A stretch of DNA of 51,275 bases from a virus (Duplodnaviria; Caudoviricetes). Position numbers and translations under genes: made by a program. A model generated the notes under the pieces. The model worked only from the letters and a program-made list of their open reading frames with translations, searched no databases and was not told the origin of the DNA. Each line of letters begins with the position of its first letter. Position 1 is the stretch's first letter. The stretch is taken from positions 1 through 51,275 of the IMG/VR virus record IMGVR_UViG_3300010397_000016. One strand, given 5' to 3'. Of the stretch, positions 28,316 through 36,865 are shown piece by piece.

Positions 28316-28707
28316 TGTACGGTTCCTCCTGCAGGCCAATGCCGGGAAATCTTAATCAGTCTGCCCTTCAGTTCCCGCTTACTGTGTACCTTGCTGATGC
28401 CCTCGATATAGTAATTCCATGCAAGGTTCTTCACTGCGTCTTCCTCTTCCTGCGTAAGGCTGAAGCTGGTACCGGTCAGTGCCTTGCGCAGCGCCTGGTC
28501 AATGTACATATTGAAAGTGGCTGTACCTTCCATCAGGCCTTCGGGGAAAGGGTTCTCCACGAAGTCCCGCAGCAACTCCACCACCAGCGCCTGGATGCAC
28601 TGCTCGGTCAGCATATCGCTGCCATGCATCTGCACTGACTGGACAGGTTCCCCCAGATCCCAGCGGGCAATATATTCAGAGCACTCTCTTATGCGGTTGA
28701 TAGTCAT
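28312..28707 (-). CDS. Hypothetical protein
   Basis: ATGA-coupled on both sides. Confidence 0.65.
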   Translation of the reverse strand: MTINRIRECSEYIARWDLGEPVQSVQMHGSDMLTEQCIQALVVELLRDFVENPFPEGLMEGTATFNMYIDQALRKALTGTSFSLTQEEEDAVKNLAWNYYIEGISKVHSKRELKGRLIKISRHWPAGGTVQ

Positions 28708-29123
28708 GATTTCTTTCGCGCTTTCTTTTTTGGTTGTTTGGCAGGAAGCAGACCGGCTTCAACGAGCAAATCGCAAACCAATTCACCAGCTTTGCTCAGT
28801 ACAATTAACTTCTTCCCGTTCCATATCTGATGGCCATCTTTATTAAGATCAGGAGCATGGCGAATAATTAAACCCCTTCGCAATAAACCTTCCATCATTT
28901 TATAAAACTGACAGGCACCATTTGTGGAACGTCCTAAAGTATTCCATGGTGATGGTCTGCCGCCGCCGATATTGGGAAATCCCCAATCGCGCGCAGCCTG
29001 CAGCGCCTCAATCATATTCCTGCTGAGTGTCAAGTTAAAAGCAATGCTTTGAACATGCCCAGAAAATAATCTTTTAGCTTCATCTTCTTTATTTACCATC
29101 TGGATCACTTTGGAATTTTTCAT
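28704..29123 (-). CDS. Hypothetical protein, possibly winged-helix
   Basis: GLLRRGLI...LSKAGELV wing-like motif. Confidence 0.55.
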   Translation of the reverse strand: MKNSKVIQMVNKEDEAKRLFSGHVQSIAFNLTLSRNMIEALQAARDWGFPNIGGGRPSPWNTLGRSTNGACQFYKMMEGLLRRGLIIRHAPDLNKDGHQIWNGKKLIVLSKAGELVCDLLVEAGLLPAKQPKKKARKKS

Positions 29124-29422
29124 AATTTATCCTCCTTATTAGCTGCTTCTTTCCTGTCTTCACCGTGCCATCCTTCTTTATCTTCCAGATGTTCGGCTAG
29201 TTTTCTGCCGAGGCGTTGGCATTCCTGCCCAAAAACATCTTTGCGCAGCGTGCGCGCCTTCAATATTTCCACCACTGTATCGAATGTTGCGAAATCGTAT
29301 TCGGAAGGTGGACGGAGTGGAAACACTGGCCTACTGCCTGAAATGGTGTGGCCAATGTCAATGGCAGTATGATAGTTTTCCCCTCTATCATTCTTCAGTG
29401 TAAGCTGTAGTGTCCACTTCAT
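29120..29422 (-). CDS. Hypothetical protein
   Basis: Tiled in the operon. Confidence 0.6.
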   Translation of the reverse strand: MKWTLQLTLKNDRGENYHTAIDIGHTISGSRPVFPLRPPSEYDFATFDTVVEILKARTLRKDVFGQECQRLGRKLAEHLEDKEGWHGEDRKEAANKEDKL

Positions 29423-29423
29423 A

Positions 29424-29639
29424 TTAATCCTGTTTCTTCAGCAATTCGTTTATATCCTTGCCCAGTATCTGCGCCACATCATGCAGGAGCGTAGCCGGCC
29501 AGCGTGCTCCCTTCTCGTAATGATGCAGCTGTTGATGCGATATTTTATCCGGCAGGGCACCGACCACCTGCTTCAGTGTCTTGCCCTGCCGTTTGCGTAT
29601 CGCCTGCACGCGTGCGCCGATGATGACGTTACGATCCAT
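29424..29639 (-). CDS. XRE-family HTH protein
   Basis: IGARVQAIRKRQGKTLKQV...ISHQQLHHYEKG...L..VA.ILG..I.EL. Confidence 0.85.
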   Translation of the reverse strand: MDRNVIIGARVQAIRKRQGKTLKQVVGALPDKISHQQLHHYEKGARWPATLLHDVAQILGKDINELLKKQD

Positions 29640-29641
29640 AA

Positions 29642-29842
29642 TTACCCTACAACGTCTTTGGCCATGGACTTCCGGCCGGCAGCAAAGGCTTCATTCAGCG
29701 CTGTGCATATCTCTTCAGCAAGCCCTGCTCTTTCAAAGGTCATTACAACATGGCCATTGCTATTAACGATTGTGCTGTAGCTTTTGGCACCACAATAATG
29801 GCAACCAAAATGAGAATTAGATTTTACGGTATATTCTGCCAT
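29642..29842 (-). CDS. Small CxxC protein
   Basis: CHYC motif; AAGGAG RBS. Confidence 0.55.
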   Translation of the reverse strand: MAEYTVKSNSHFGCHYCGAKSYSTIVNSNGHVVMTFERAGLAEEICTALNEAFAAGRKSMAKDVVG

Positions 29843-29845
29843 GGC

Positions 29846-30664
29846 TTATTCTCCTTCCCAGCCTATTTGCATTTTGAAGCCAGCAGCGTTTCTGTGACCG
29901 CCACCGCCATAGCGCTTGGCTATCTCGGACACGTCAATGCCGCCGTCCTGAGATGAGCGCAGGCTGAATGCCCTGCCATCCTTGGTGTCCATATAGGTGG
30001 CAGCGAATGGTACGCCTTCGCCCAGCCGGTGCCCTGCGTCTGAAGCAAAGAAGTGCGGTATGTTTGCCACCGGAACGCGGTGACCGCCGATGACCATATG
30101 CCTGCTGTTTGCGATCAGAAGTTCTTCCAGGTCTTTGAAGTGCTTCCGCTCAATCGCCTTTCCCTCCTTGCGCAGGTCTTTCGTGAGCGTATTCATCAGC
30201 CCATCCCATACTTCGAATTCATAGGGATAGGAAAACAGAGCTGCGATGATCTCGCGTGTCTCCGGAAAGGCGAATGTCCACAAATCCCTATCCTGGATGT
30301 GCACTATCAGTGCGGGCGTATAATCGTCAGGAAAGAAATAATCCCACGCCAGCATAGCACCGCTGCGCTTCAGGTCGAAATAAAGATCGAAATTCAGGGT
30401 ACCAACTAGACTTTGCAGTTCTTCCTTGGCGGTCTTGTGATGATCGATCACCAGCACATGTTTGGCGCCCGCCAGTATTTCCTGCATCACCAGAAGCTTA
30501 TAGCTGAAGTCTACCAGTATCACTTCCCTGCCGGTGCAATCCGGCGGCGGACTGCCATAATAGCCGGCATGAAATTCCACTTGGTCTCCGAACATCCGGC
30601 GCACTACCCAGGCGGCGCCAAAGCCATCGATACATCCGCCATGGTAGATACATAGTTTCTTCAT
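29846..30664 (-). CDS. DHH/DHHA1 phosphoesterase
   Basis: YH..C.DG, VDFS, IDHH, SGA, DRDLW, SLRS, GGGGHRNAAGF. Confidence 0.92.
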   Translation of the reverse strand: MKKLCIYHGGCIDGFGAAWVVRRMFGDQVEFHAGYYGSPPPDCTGREVILVDFSYKLLVMQEILAGAKHVLVIDHHKTAKEELQSLVGTLNFDLYFDLKRSGAMLAWDYFFPDDYTPALIVHIQDRDLWTFAFPETREIIAALFSYPYEFEVWDGLMNTLTKDLRKEGKAIERKHFKDLEELLIANSRHMVIGGHRVPVANIPHFFASDAGHRLGEGVPFAATYMDTKDGRAFSLRSSQDGGIDVSEIAKRYGGGGHRNAAGFKMQIGWEGE

Positions 30665-30684
30665 AGTAATACCCTCCTCTTTGG

Positions 30685-31224
30685 TTAATATAACGGCTGT
30701 GTAAGGCTCATATTTGCCTCACGTAACACCATGAGAGCCCTCTGGAATAAACCCTGATGACCGTGTGTTAATACCTTTAGAAGTAACTCTTTCTCCTTCA
30801 GATAAACAACTGCGAAGTCAGGATCATATTTTACGATGGTTCTGGTATTATCGATAAGGTCAGCCAGCTTGATAGTGGCACCTGCGGGTGATGACCTTGC
30901 CAGATGTGCGCGGTCAACAGCTTTCCGCGCTTCCCGATTGCCATCGGCCAATGTTGATGCATCGGTTACTTCGAGTACCAGGCGCGCTACCCGTTCCCCG
31001 AATGTTTCCACCAGTTCATCATAGGTGACGTCGGTATCCTCGATCACATCATGCAGCAAGCCAGCCTGCATGATCTCTATGTCATCGGTATATTCCGATA
31101 GGAGCCCCATAACAGCTACAGGATGGTTGATATAAGGCTCACCCGTATATTTGCGTTTTTGTTTGCGATGCGCGCATGTAGCGAAGCCAGTAGCGGCATA
31201 GATAAGGTTATTTATGTCTATCAT
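30685..31224 (-). CDS. HD-domain (p)ppGpp hydrolase-like protein (small alarmone hydrolase, Mesh1/SpoT-HD type)
   Basis: AH.KQKRKYTGEPYINHP, LLHDVIEDT, LV.EVTD, IKLADLIDN. Confidence 0.9.
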   Translation of the reverse strand: MIDINNLIYAATGFATCAHRKQKRKYTGEPYINHPVAVMGLLSEYTDDIEIMQAGLLHDVIEDTDVTYDELVETFGERVARLVLEVTDASTLADGNREARKAVDRAHLARSSPAGATIKLADLIDNTRTIVKYDPDFAVVYLKEKELLLKVLTHGHQGLFQRALMVLREANMSLTQPLY

Positions 31225-32444
31225 GGCCTTTCTTCCTCTTCAAAATCAGCATCAGATATCTGCGTGTAGTTTCCTTCCTCAGCAGGTGGAGAGGCCGGTG
31301 CCTGTTGTTCTGGCTGCGGCCCGGCCTCTGTTGTGGTAACCCCCGAGGAGACGGGTGCAGTCCCGTTGCCATCTGCATCTGCCGCTCCTCGGGGAGTGTC
31401 GGCAGTGACATCTGAGGTGGTCGGCGTTAGCGGCGCATTCACCTCGCCAGCACCATCAGATTTTTTACCGGTCTCATCCTTAACCGGTTCGTTTTCTTCA
31501 TCCAGTATCTTGCTCTGGCTTTCCATAAGTGCCTTCAGGCGATCCTTGCCGCCCGAGGTGCCATCTTCCAGCTGGTAATGCCGGTTATCAATCTCGCGCG
31601 GATCGAGCTCGTCCTCGTCAAAGTCGATCTGGGCAAAGGGTAACTTCGCTGCCCGGCGGATGGTAGACTTGATAGTCTGCTCTCCCCAGAAGTCGCTCCA
31701 CACATATCCTTGCTTTGCTTTGGAGCGTATCATCTCAATGCCGGCCTTATCAATCACCACCAGGCGGGATACCTTTTCCTTGTTTTCCCGCAGCGTATAG
31801 GAAAAGAAGCAATAGGATCCAATCAGCTTGTCCCAGGTCTGCGAGAAAAGGTTTTCCTCGCTGGGTTCATGTTCAAAGCTGGCGTTATTATCGGTGATTT
31901 TGCTCTTGAATTTATCACCCTTGAATACTAGCCCGGGCTGCACATAGGCATTATCGAAATGGCGGTTAAGCGCATTCACAAAGCCTTTGTAGCTTATCTC
32001 CAGGTCTGCCTCGTGGTTATACACCACCACATAGACCAGATCGCGGCCGCCACCTATATCCAGACCCAACTGGAAAGCTTCAAGGAAACAGCGGAATAGG
32101 CTGGGAAAGGAAGCCTCGCAGATATATTTCTTGTTCGGTTTCCCACTGCCTTCGTCATTGGCAATATGTGTGGTGAAGCTGTTTACCGCCCGCATGATCT
32201 TGCTATCATCGCCGCGGGCTATCTTGCGCAGGCGTTCCATCCAGATAGGCTCCATGCAGCGCTTTTGGATTAAGGCGACTATCTGCAGCTTCCGCTGTTT
32301 TATGCGGTCACTTTCCGACTGAGGCGGCGGTGCGCTGGGCTTGCTGCCAGTCTGCTGCTTATCTTCCGGCGGGATAGTTTCCTGCTGCGGACGGCGTGCG
32401 TTCTTCTTCGCGCCCGGCGGCTTATTCTGCTGTTCCTGTGCCAT
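31221..32444 (-). CDS. recT: RecT-family single-strand annealing protein
   Basis: A.QLGL...VYVVVY...EISYKG...VFKGDKF...W...KSTIRRAAK; disordered acidic tail; downstream of the RecE-like gene; start reassigned to ATG 32444 (GGAG RBS). Confidence 0.8.
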   Translation of the reverse strand: MAQEQQNKPPGAKKNARRPQQETIPPEDKQQTGSKPSAPPPQSESDRIKQRKLQIVALIQKRCMEPIWMERLRKIARGDDSKIMRAVNSFTTHIANDEGSGKPNKKYICEASFPSLFRCFLEAFQLGLDIGGGRDLVYVVVYNHEADLEISYKGFVNALNRHFDNAYVQPGLVFKGDKFKSKITDNNASFEHEPSEENLFSQTWDKLIGSYCFFSYTLRENKEKVSRLVVIDKAGIEMIRSKAKQGYVWSDFWGEQTIKSTIRRAAKLPFAQIDFDEDELDPREIDNRHYQLEDGTSGGKDRLKALMESQSKILDEENEPVKDETGKKSDGAGEVNAPLTPTTSDVTADTPRGAADADGNGTAPVSSGVTTTEAGPQPEQQAPASPPAEEGNYTQISDADFEEEERP

Positions 32445-32694
32445 CGTACTTTGCTCCTGTGGGTTGTGGGGTGCAGGCTCTGAGTTCGCTTTCCAATTTC
32501 TGGATATGATCCTTCTGGTGGGCAATCAGATCGTCTTGTGCTTGCATTACTTTTCGGCTGGCAACCATTGTTTGCTCAGCTCTTTCTACTGCCGTAAAAG
32601 CTTCCGTATCAATCTTCCTGACCTCGCGCAGTTCAATCTGGTCTATCGTCACGATGACCGCCAATAGCGCGGACAGTATATAGGCCTTGTGCAT
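32422..32694 (-). CDS. Membrane-anchored coiled-coil protein
   Basis: MHKAYILSALLAVIVTI TM then heptad repeats; GAGGAG RBS at ATG 32694. Confidence 0.55.
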   Translation of the reverse strand: MHKAYILSALLAVIVTIDQIELREVRKIDTEAFTAVERAEQTMVASRKVMQAQDDLIAHQKDHIQKLESELRACTPQPTGAKYDGTGTAE

Positions 32695-32738
32695 TGTATC
32701 CTCCTCAAAATTAGTTTCATTTAGTCGAAAGGCTAAAT

Positions 32739-33614
32739 TTACTCTCCGTCTATAATTCCGTAGCGCATAGAGAAGCGCTTCACCTTGCCCTCGCTCACCG
32801 GCCATGGCCTGCCAGTACCGTAATATTCCATATACTGTAGATATATGCGCCTGGTCTTCTCAATATCATCGAAGCCATCATCGTAGGTATCGGCTTCCGG
32901 CATCAGCGGCAGGTAGGGGAAAGGCTCCGTCTTGCGCTGGAATATGAAGATAAAATCATTCAGTTCCTGCTCGAGAAATTTGTGGAACCACTTCTTGTCC
33001 ACCTGCCCGTACACCGCCGCCTCGCCGGCAGCGTACTGCTCTTTGAAGCGCTGGCGGGAGCGGACATACAGCGCGTACTGCACATGCAGGCCTCGGCGCC
33101 GGAATTCATTCTTCAGGTGCCATTCGTCTATCGACATGCTGGTCTTGAATTCAGTGGTCAGCGGTACGCACAGGTAATCGTGCCTGGTCCGGTAGCGCAC
33201 GCCGCCATCATCGAATACAATGGTCACTTCCGGCATGCCGCCGCGCAGGAACATATTGGCCTCCTTGCCGGCGCGCAGAACCTTTATAGAGCGCTGCAGC
33301 TGATCAAATTGCGTACTGGTCAGCATGTACTTATTCCGCTGGAATTGCTCCGGCGGCATGATAAAGAAATGGTTCGAAAAGTCCTTCGGTTCGAATAACA
33401 GCTTGTGAAAGGCAGAACCGAAGATCATCTCTTCCTTCTTTTCCTTCACCTGCTTGGCCGGGTTCATCCAGCTTTGCTGCCAGAAGGTATTTGGCGTATC
33501 GAGGAGCGCCATAATATCCGAGCGGGATATCGCCGTGTCAGCGAAGTATATATCCTCCGGCAAGCCGAAATAGATACCTGGTTCAAGTCCTTTCTTTATG
33601 ATGCTGCCGCTCAT
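32739..33614 (-). CDS. RecE-like PD-(D/E)XK exonuclease (DUF3799 type)
   Basis: PGIYFGL.ED.Y...ISRS; FGSAFH.LL.EP; PEVT...R.R.DYL...EFKT; Q.A.Y. Confidence 0.8.
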   Translation of the reverse strand: MSGSIIKKGLEPGIYFGLPEDIYFADTAISRSDIMALLDTPNTFWQQSWMNPAKQVKEKKEEMIFGSAFHKLLFEPKDFSNHFFIMPPEQFQRNKYMLTSTQFDQLQRSIKVLRAGKEANMFLRGGMPEVTIVFDDGGVRYRTRHDYLCVPLTTEFKTSMSIDEWHLKNEFRRRGLHVQYALYVRSRQRFKEQYAAGEAAVYGQVDKKWFHKFLEQELNDFIFIFQRKTEPFPYLPLMPEADTYDDGFDDIEKTRRIYLQYMEYYGTGRPWPVSEGKVKRFSMRYGIIDGE

Positions 33615-34177
33615 TTTTTGCGTGCCTCCAGCATAGCGTCAGCCATCTCATAACTTATAGTCGCAGTATCTTTGAAAGCGTGCCGCAGTTCTTCTCCGGA
33701 TATTTCGTGGATACGGCTGCAGGCGAGGAACCCCTGAAGCGCCGCCTTGGCGAATTCATCGCGCAAGGTTTTCATGTCACGCTCTACTTGAGCAGCTGGT
33801 GATATTGGTGGTGTGAAAGGCGGAGGGAATATATTTATGTCAGCTTCCTCCGCGAATGCTTGCGCCTCCTCTGAGAAGATGATGGTGGTGCTGTCAGATG
33901 CGGATGGCAATTCAGGTAAGGAAAATATGATTTCTTTTTCATTGCGAAGCACCTGAGGGGCAAGTGGTGCTGCAGTTAGCAAATGTGTCATGAGATCAAA
34001 TTCATGGTCGCCATGATCGCTTGATTTTCCTTCTGCACTCCAAAAATGGCGTTTCTTCTCGCCATCAATGATAATATACCCAACCGCAGGCCATGGTAAA
34101 TCACCTTGGCCTGGCATTATATAATCCACCACGCCTTCCTTGCCATTGCGCATTCTGTAAGTTCCAACTTCAATCAT
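33611..34177 (-). CDS. Two-module hypothetical protein
   Basis: N-terminal GTYRMRNG...WP.VG...W...DL module and C-terminal TLRDEFAKAALQG...YEMADAMLEAR module, both of recurring phage type; GGAGG RBS at ATG 34177. Confidence 0.65.
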   Translation of the reverse strand: MIEVGTYRMRNGKEGVVDYIMPGQGDLPWPAVGYIIIDGEKKRHFWSAEGKSSDHGDHEFDLMTHLLTAAPLAPQVLRNEKEIIFSLPELPSASDSTTIIFSEEAQAFAEEADINIFPPPFTPPISPAAQVERDMKTLRDEFAKAALQGFLACSRIHEISGEELRHAFKDTATISYEMADAMLEARKK

Positions 34178-34392
34178 TTCCATCCTCCATGGCGAATAAA
34201 TACATACGCTGCCACTGGCCAGCACAGGCCTTCCATCATGCAATGGAATATCGAAACATCATTCATATCGCTGGCAAACATTGCTTCAGCAGTTATCACT
34301 AAAAATGTATATACCATCCAGGCAAATGCTATCAGGAGGTATATCAGTACCAACGCCGCAATAAGCGATACAATGATGCAGGGGCAAGTCAT
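34174..34392 (-). CDS. Small membrane protein
   Basis: Long hydrophobic N-terminus and a second hydrophobic segment (GLCWPVAAYVFI). Confidence 0.55.
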   Translation of the reverse strand: MTCPCIIVSLIAALVLIYLLIAFAWMVYTFLVITAEAMFASDMNDVSIFHCMMEGLCWPVAAYVFIRHGGWK

Positions 34393-34685
34393 TATATTCT
34401 GCTCCTGAATACTTCGCGCTGATATTCCTTTCCCTGCAGTATCCAGCTTAACCCCTCTGGGGGCTGTTCTCCTACTTGCGGGCAGCAGTACACATACCCT
34501 GCATGCTTATACAGTTTGGTGACCATCATCTTCGTACGATCCACCACCTTCAGGTCACCGCGGCGCAGTTTGCATACCATGGCGATGATATACGAGCCGG
34601 CATATTTATTGGGATTGATCTGTTCCGCTGGAATATGCATGTCCGGTTTGCCTTCCACTTTAATAATTTTCTGCGCTTTGCTCAT
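34392..34685 (-). CDS. Hypothetical protein
   Basis: AAGGAG RBS; tiled. Confidence 0.6.
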   Translation of the reverse strand: MSKAQKIIKVEGKPDMHIPAEQINPNKYAGSYIIAMVCKLRRGDLKVVDRTKMMVTKLYKHAGYVYCCPQVGEQPPEGLSWILQGKEYQREVFRSRI

Positions 34686-34705
34686 TATTTTCTCCTTTTT
34701 TTGTA

Positions 34706-34903
34706 TCAGTTGTCTGGTTGTGTTCGTGGATTGGTTCTCAGTATTAAATCACTTAAATCTTGGAGTAGATAGGCCACTTCTTCCCGTGTCATGCCCTTCC
34801 TAAGTTTTAGGGCACAATGCCAATTATTGTTGAAGTCAAATATAATCTCGTTTGGCAGCCATTCTCGTATTCCAACACTTTCAAATGCACCTTTTATAGT
34901 CAT
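34706..34903 (-). CDS. Hypothetical protein
   Basis: 65 aa, tiled. Confidence 0.5.
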   Translation of the reverse strand: MTIKGAFESVGIREWLPNEIIFDFNNNWHCALKLRKGMTREEVAYLLQDLSDLILRTNPRTQPDN

Positions 34904-34908
34904 ATAAA

Positions 34909-35100
34909 TTACATATTAGCTCTGATTGAGCGCACTATTTTTATACTCTCTAGCCATTCTTGCCCCATATTTTTCAACTCTCTTTCTGCACCACAATGAG
35001 TACATGCATTGCGTTCTTTAGGTTCGCAAGTACCGTGCGGCATATCTAATTGCGTTACTAGAAGCATTGCCCGATCATATTTCTCTTTGAAAACATCCAT
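34909..35100 (-). CDS. Small putative Zn-binding protein
   Basis: H..C......C..C motif. Confidence 0.55.
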   Translation of the reverse strand: MDVFKEKYDRAMLLVTQLDMPHGTCEPKERNACTHCGAERELKNMGQEWLESIKIVRSIRANM

Positions 35101-35121
35101 TTCCTGATCCAGTTATTTAGT

Positions 35122-35358
35122 TTACCAACGATTTCCGTAGCCGTCTGCCCATTCAGGCTCTTTCTTTGCCTCTGGGAGTTCTTCCAGAATATCTTCCAAA
35201 ACCTCCCGAAGCTTTCGACCTTCTTTCTGCGTTTTACATATTACTTCGCCTCTAGCGCCATTATGGCTTGTTACGGCTAGTGCAAAAGCGGTAAGAGAGC
35301 CAGACTGAAAATCTGCGGCCATTCTCTCAAGTAGTATTGTACCTTCTTTTTTTCTCAT
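35122..35358 (-). CDS. Hypothetical protein
   Basis: 78 aa, tiled. Confidence 0.55.
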   Translation of the reverse strand: MRKKEGTILLERMAADFQSGSLTAFALAVTSHNGARGEVICKTQKEGRKLREVLEDILEELPEAKKEPEWADGYGNRW

Positions 35359-35382
35359 AACTTCACCGTTCAGTTGCTCCAG

Positions 35383-35571
35383 TTACCATTTACTGCGGTC
35401 TTTATCTGGGTTCATCGAGCAGCCTACCGCCAGCGCCCGCTTCATCCTTGCATCGTCCACCACGTCAAAGAGGATCATAGCATTAAGCGCCTGCCGAAGT
35501 TCACTCTCGTCCATTGTTCGGAGCGTATTAAACAACTCCTTCTTGGATTTGGGTAAATCCGTCTTACTCAC
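35383..35571 (-). CDS. Hypothetical protein
   Basis: GTG start at 35571 with AAGGAAG RBS, overlapping the upstream stop. Confidence 0.5.
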   Translation of the reverse strand: MSKTDLPKSKKELFNTLRTMDESELRQALNAMILFDVVDDARMKRALAVGCSMNPDKDRSKW

Positions 35572-35842
35572 AGGCCACTTCCTTCCTTGGGCGCTTCGCC
35601 ACCGGTATCGGAGTGACAATGAAACATACCAGCCAGTTACCTTTTCCCATGTTCTGGGCACGCTCGAATTCCAGTTTATGGCCGGTCTTAATGCACAGGC
35701 GCTGGAATGATTGCATCTCCTCGCGGTACAGCGCCGCATCCATTACGATAGGTTCACTGCGCCCGTGGTGCTTATCGCGCAGTGTTGCCTGCTCAACGTC
35801 AACTTCGTCTACCATGATTTCTACCGAGCCTTGGATTTTCAT
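35564..35842 (-). CDS. First gene of the leftward early operon, hypothetical
   Basis: GGAGGG RBS before ATG 35842; no HTH or peptidase motifs. Confidence 0.65.
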   Translation of the reverse strand: MKIQGSVEIMVDEVDVEQATLRDKHHGRSEPIVMDAALYREEMQSFQRLCIKTGHKLEFERAQNMGKGNWLVCFIVTPIPVAKRPRKEVACE

Positions 35843-35857
35843 AAGTCCCTCCGTTGT

Positions 35858-35954
35858 TATGATTAAAATCATATATCGAACATACACAGTCATATTCAAG
35901 TGTAAAGAGAAAAGTATGATTAAAATCACTTGCTATTATTTCCCATGATATTAC
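35858..35954. promoter_or_regulatory. Divergent control region with two operator palindromes
   Basis: ATGATTAAAATCAT 35859-35872 and ATGATTAAAATCAC 35916-35929; leftward TTTACA-N16-TATGTT lies between them; gene orientation switches here. Confidence 0.75.
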
Positions 35955-35981
35955 AAATATTAAACACCGAGTGAGGAGCAT

Positions 35982-36236
35982 ATGACAGACGTAACAAACA
36001 ACATTCAGGATATTGTGAAGAAGACAGCATTGCCAAAGAAATGGCGTGACCGTCTTCAACTCCACATCCAAACATTCCTTGATACTACAGGGATGAAAGC
36101 AAGCACCTTCGGCCATAAATCCATAGACAACCAACGTTTCTGGAAAAACTTTCTGGCTGGTGGTACTGTCACCGTGGACAAAGCCGATGAAATTTACAAA
36201 TTCATGGCTTCCCAGGGTTTTAACTTCAAACGATAA
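35982..36236 (+). CDS. Cro-like HTH regulator (alphaproteobacterial phage type)
   Basis: IQTFLDTTGMKASTFGHKSIDNQRF...L.GG..T...ADEIYKFM pattern; first rightward gene; GAGGAG RBS. Confidence 0.7.
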   Translation: MTDVTNNIQDIVKKTALPKKWRDRLQLHIQTFLDTTGMKASTFGHKSIDNQRFWKNFLAGGTVTVDKADEIYKFMASQGFNFKR

Positions 36237-36248
36237 AGGAGAGTGACT

Positions 36249-36857
36249 ATGGCTAGAGGAAAGAAAAAAGCAGCACCGCTGGATAACACCGATGAGGGGC
36301 AGGCTAAAAAGATCGCGGAGAGCAAAAAGAATTCCCGCGCCGCCGACAAGAAGAAAGCCAAGGAGGAGTTGAAACGTACCTCAAATAAGCTTCTTATGGA
36401 CATGGCAGCAAAGCTTCCCGCCGGTCCTGGCAAGAAGTTCATCAACGATAATATCATCCTTGATGACCTCGAAGCGCAGCGCCGCAAGATCAGCCAGGCT
36501 ATCTCCGCCAAGCGTAAGGAGATGAAGTCTGATAAAATCGATCTGAAGGCCATGGACGTGGTGCGCAAGCTGCGTGACATGGAACCGGAGGATCGTGCTG
36601 CCCATAAGACCACCGTGTCGCTATATGAGCAGCAGCTGGATCTTCCGTTGTCAGAAGAACAGCAGACGCTCATTAACGCCATGCGCAAGCGTCAGGATGA
36701 TACCAAGGCCAGCATCATTGCTTCCCATGGTGGCGATGCCGGCGAGGAAGTGGGTAGCGGCAATGGTAGCCGTATCCCTGAACGCAACGAAGAAGTGGGT
36801 GATGTTCCGCCAGTCGCTGCAGAAGCAGCTGCAGGCGAGAACGTAGTGCGCCACTAA
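36249..36857 (+). CDS. GapR-like (DUF2312) DNA-binding protein with long extensions
   Basis: DDLEAQRRKISQAISAKRKEMKSDKIDLKAMDVVRKLRDMEPEDRAAHKTTVSLYEQQL matches the GapR helix pattern (LE.E...I...I......K..G.D.K....I.LR.....R......LY...L). Confidence 0.7.
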   Translation: MARGKKKAAPLDNTDEGQAKKIAESKKNSRAADKKKAKEELKRTSNKLLMDMAAKLPAGPGKKFINDNIILDDLEAQRRKISQAISAKRKEMKSDKIDLKAMDVVRKLRDMEPEDRAAHKTTVSLYEQQLDLPLSEEQQTLINAMRKRQDDTKASIIASHGGDAGEEVGSGNGSRIPERNEEVGDVPPVAAEAAAGENVVRH

Positions 36858-36865
36858 AGCAGGGG

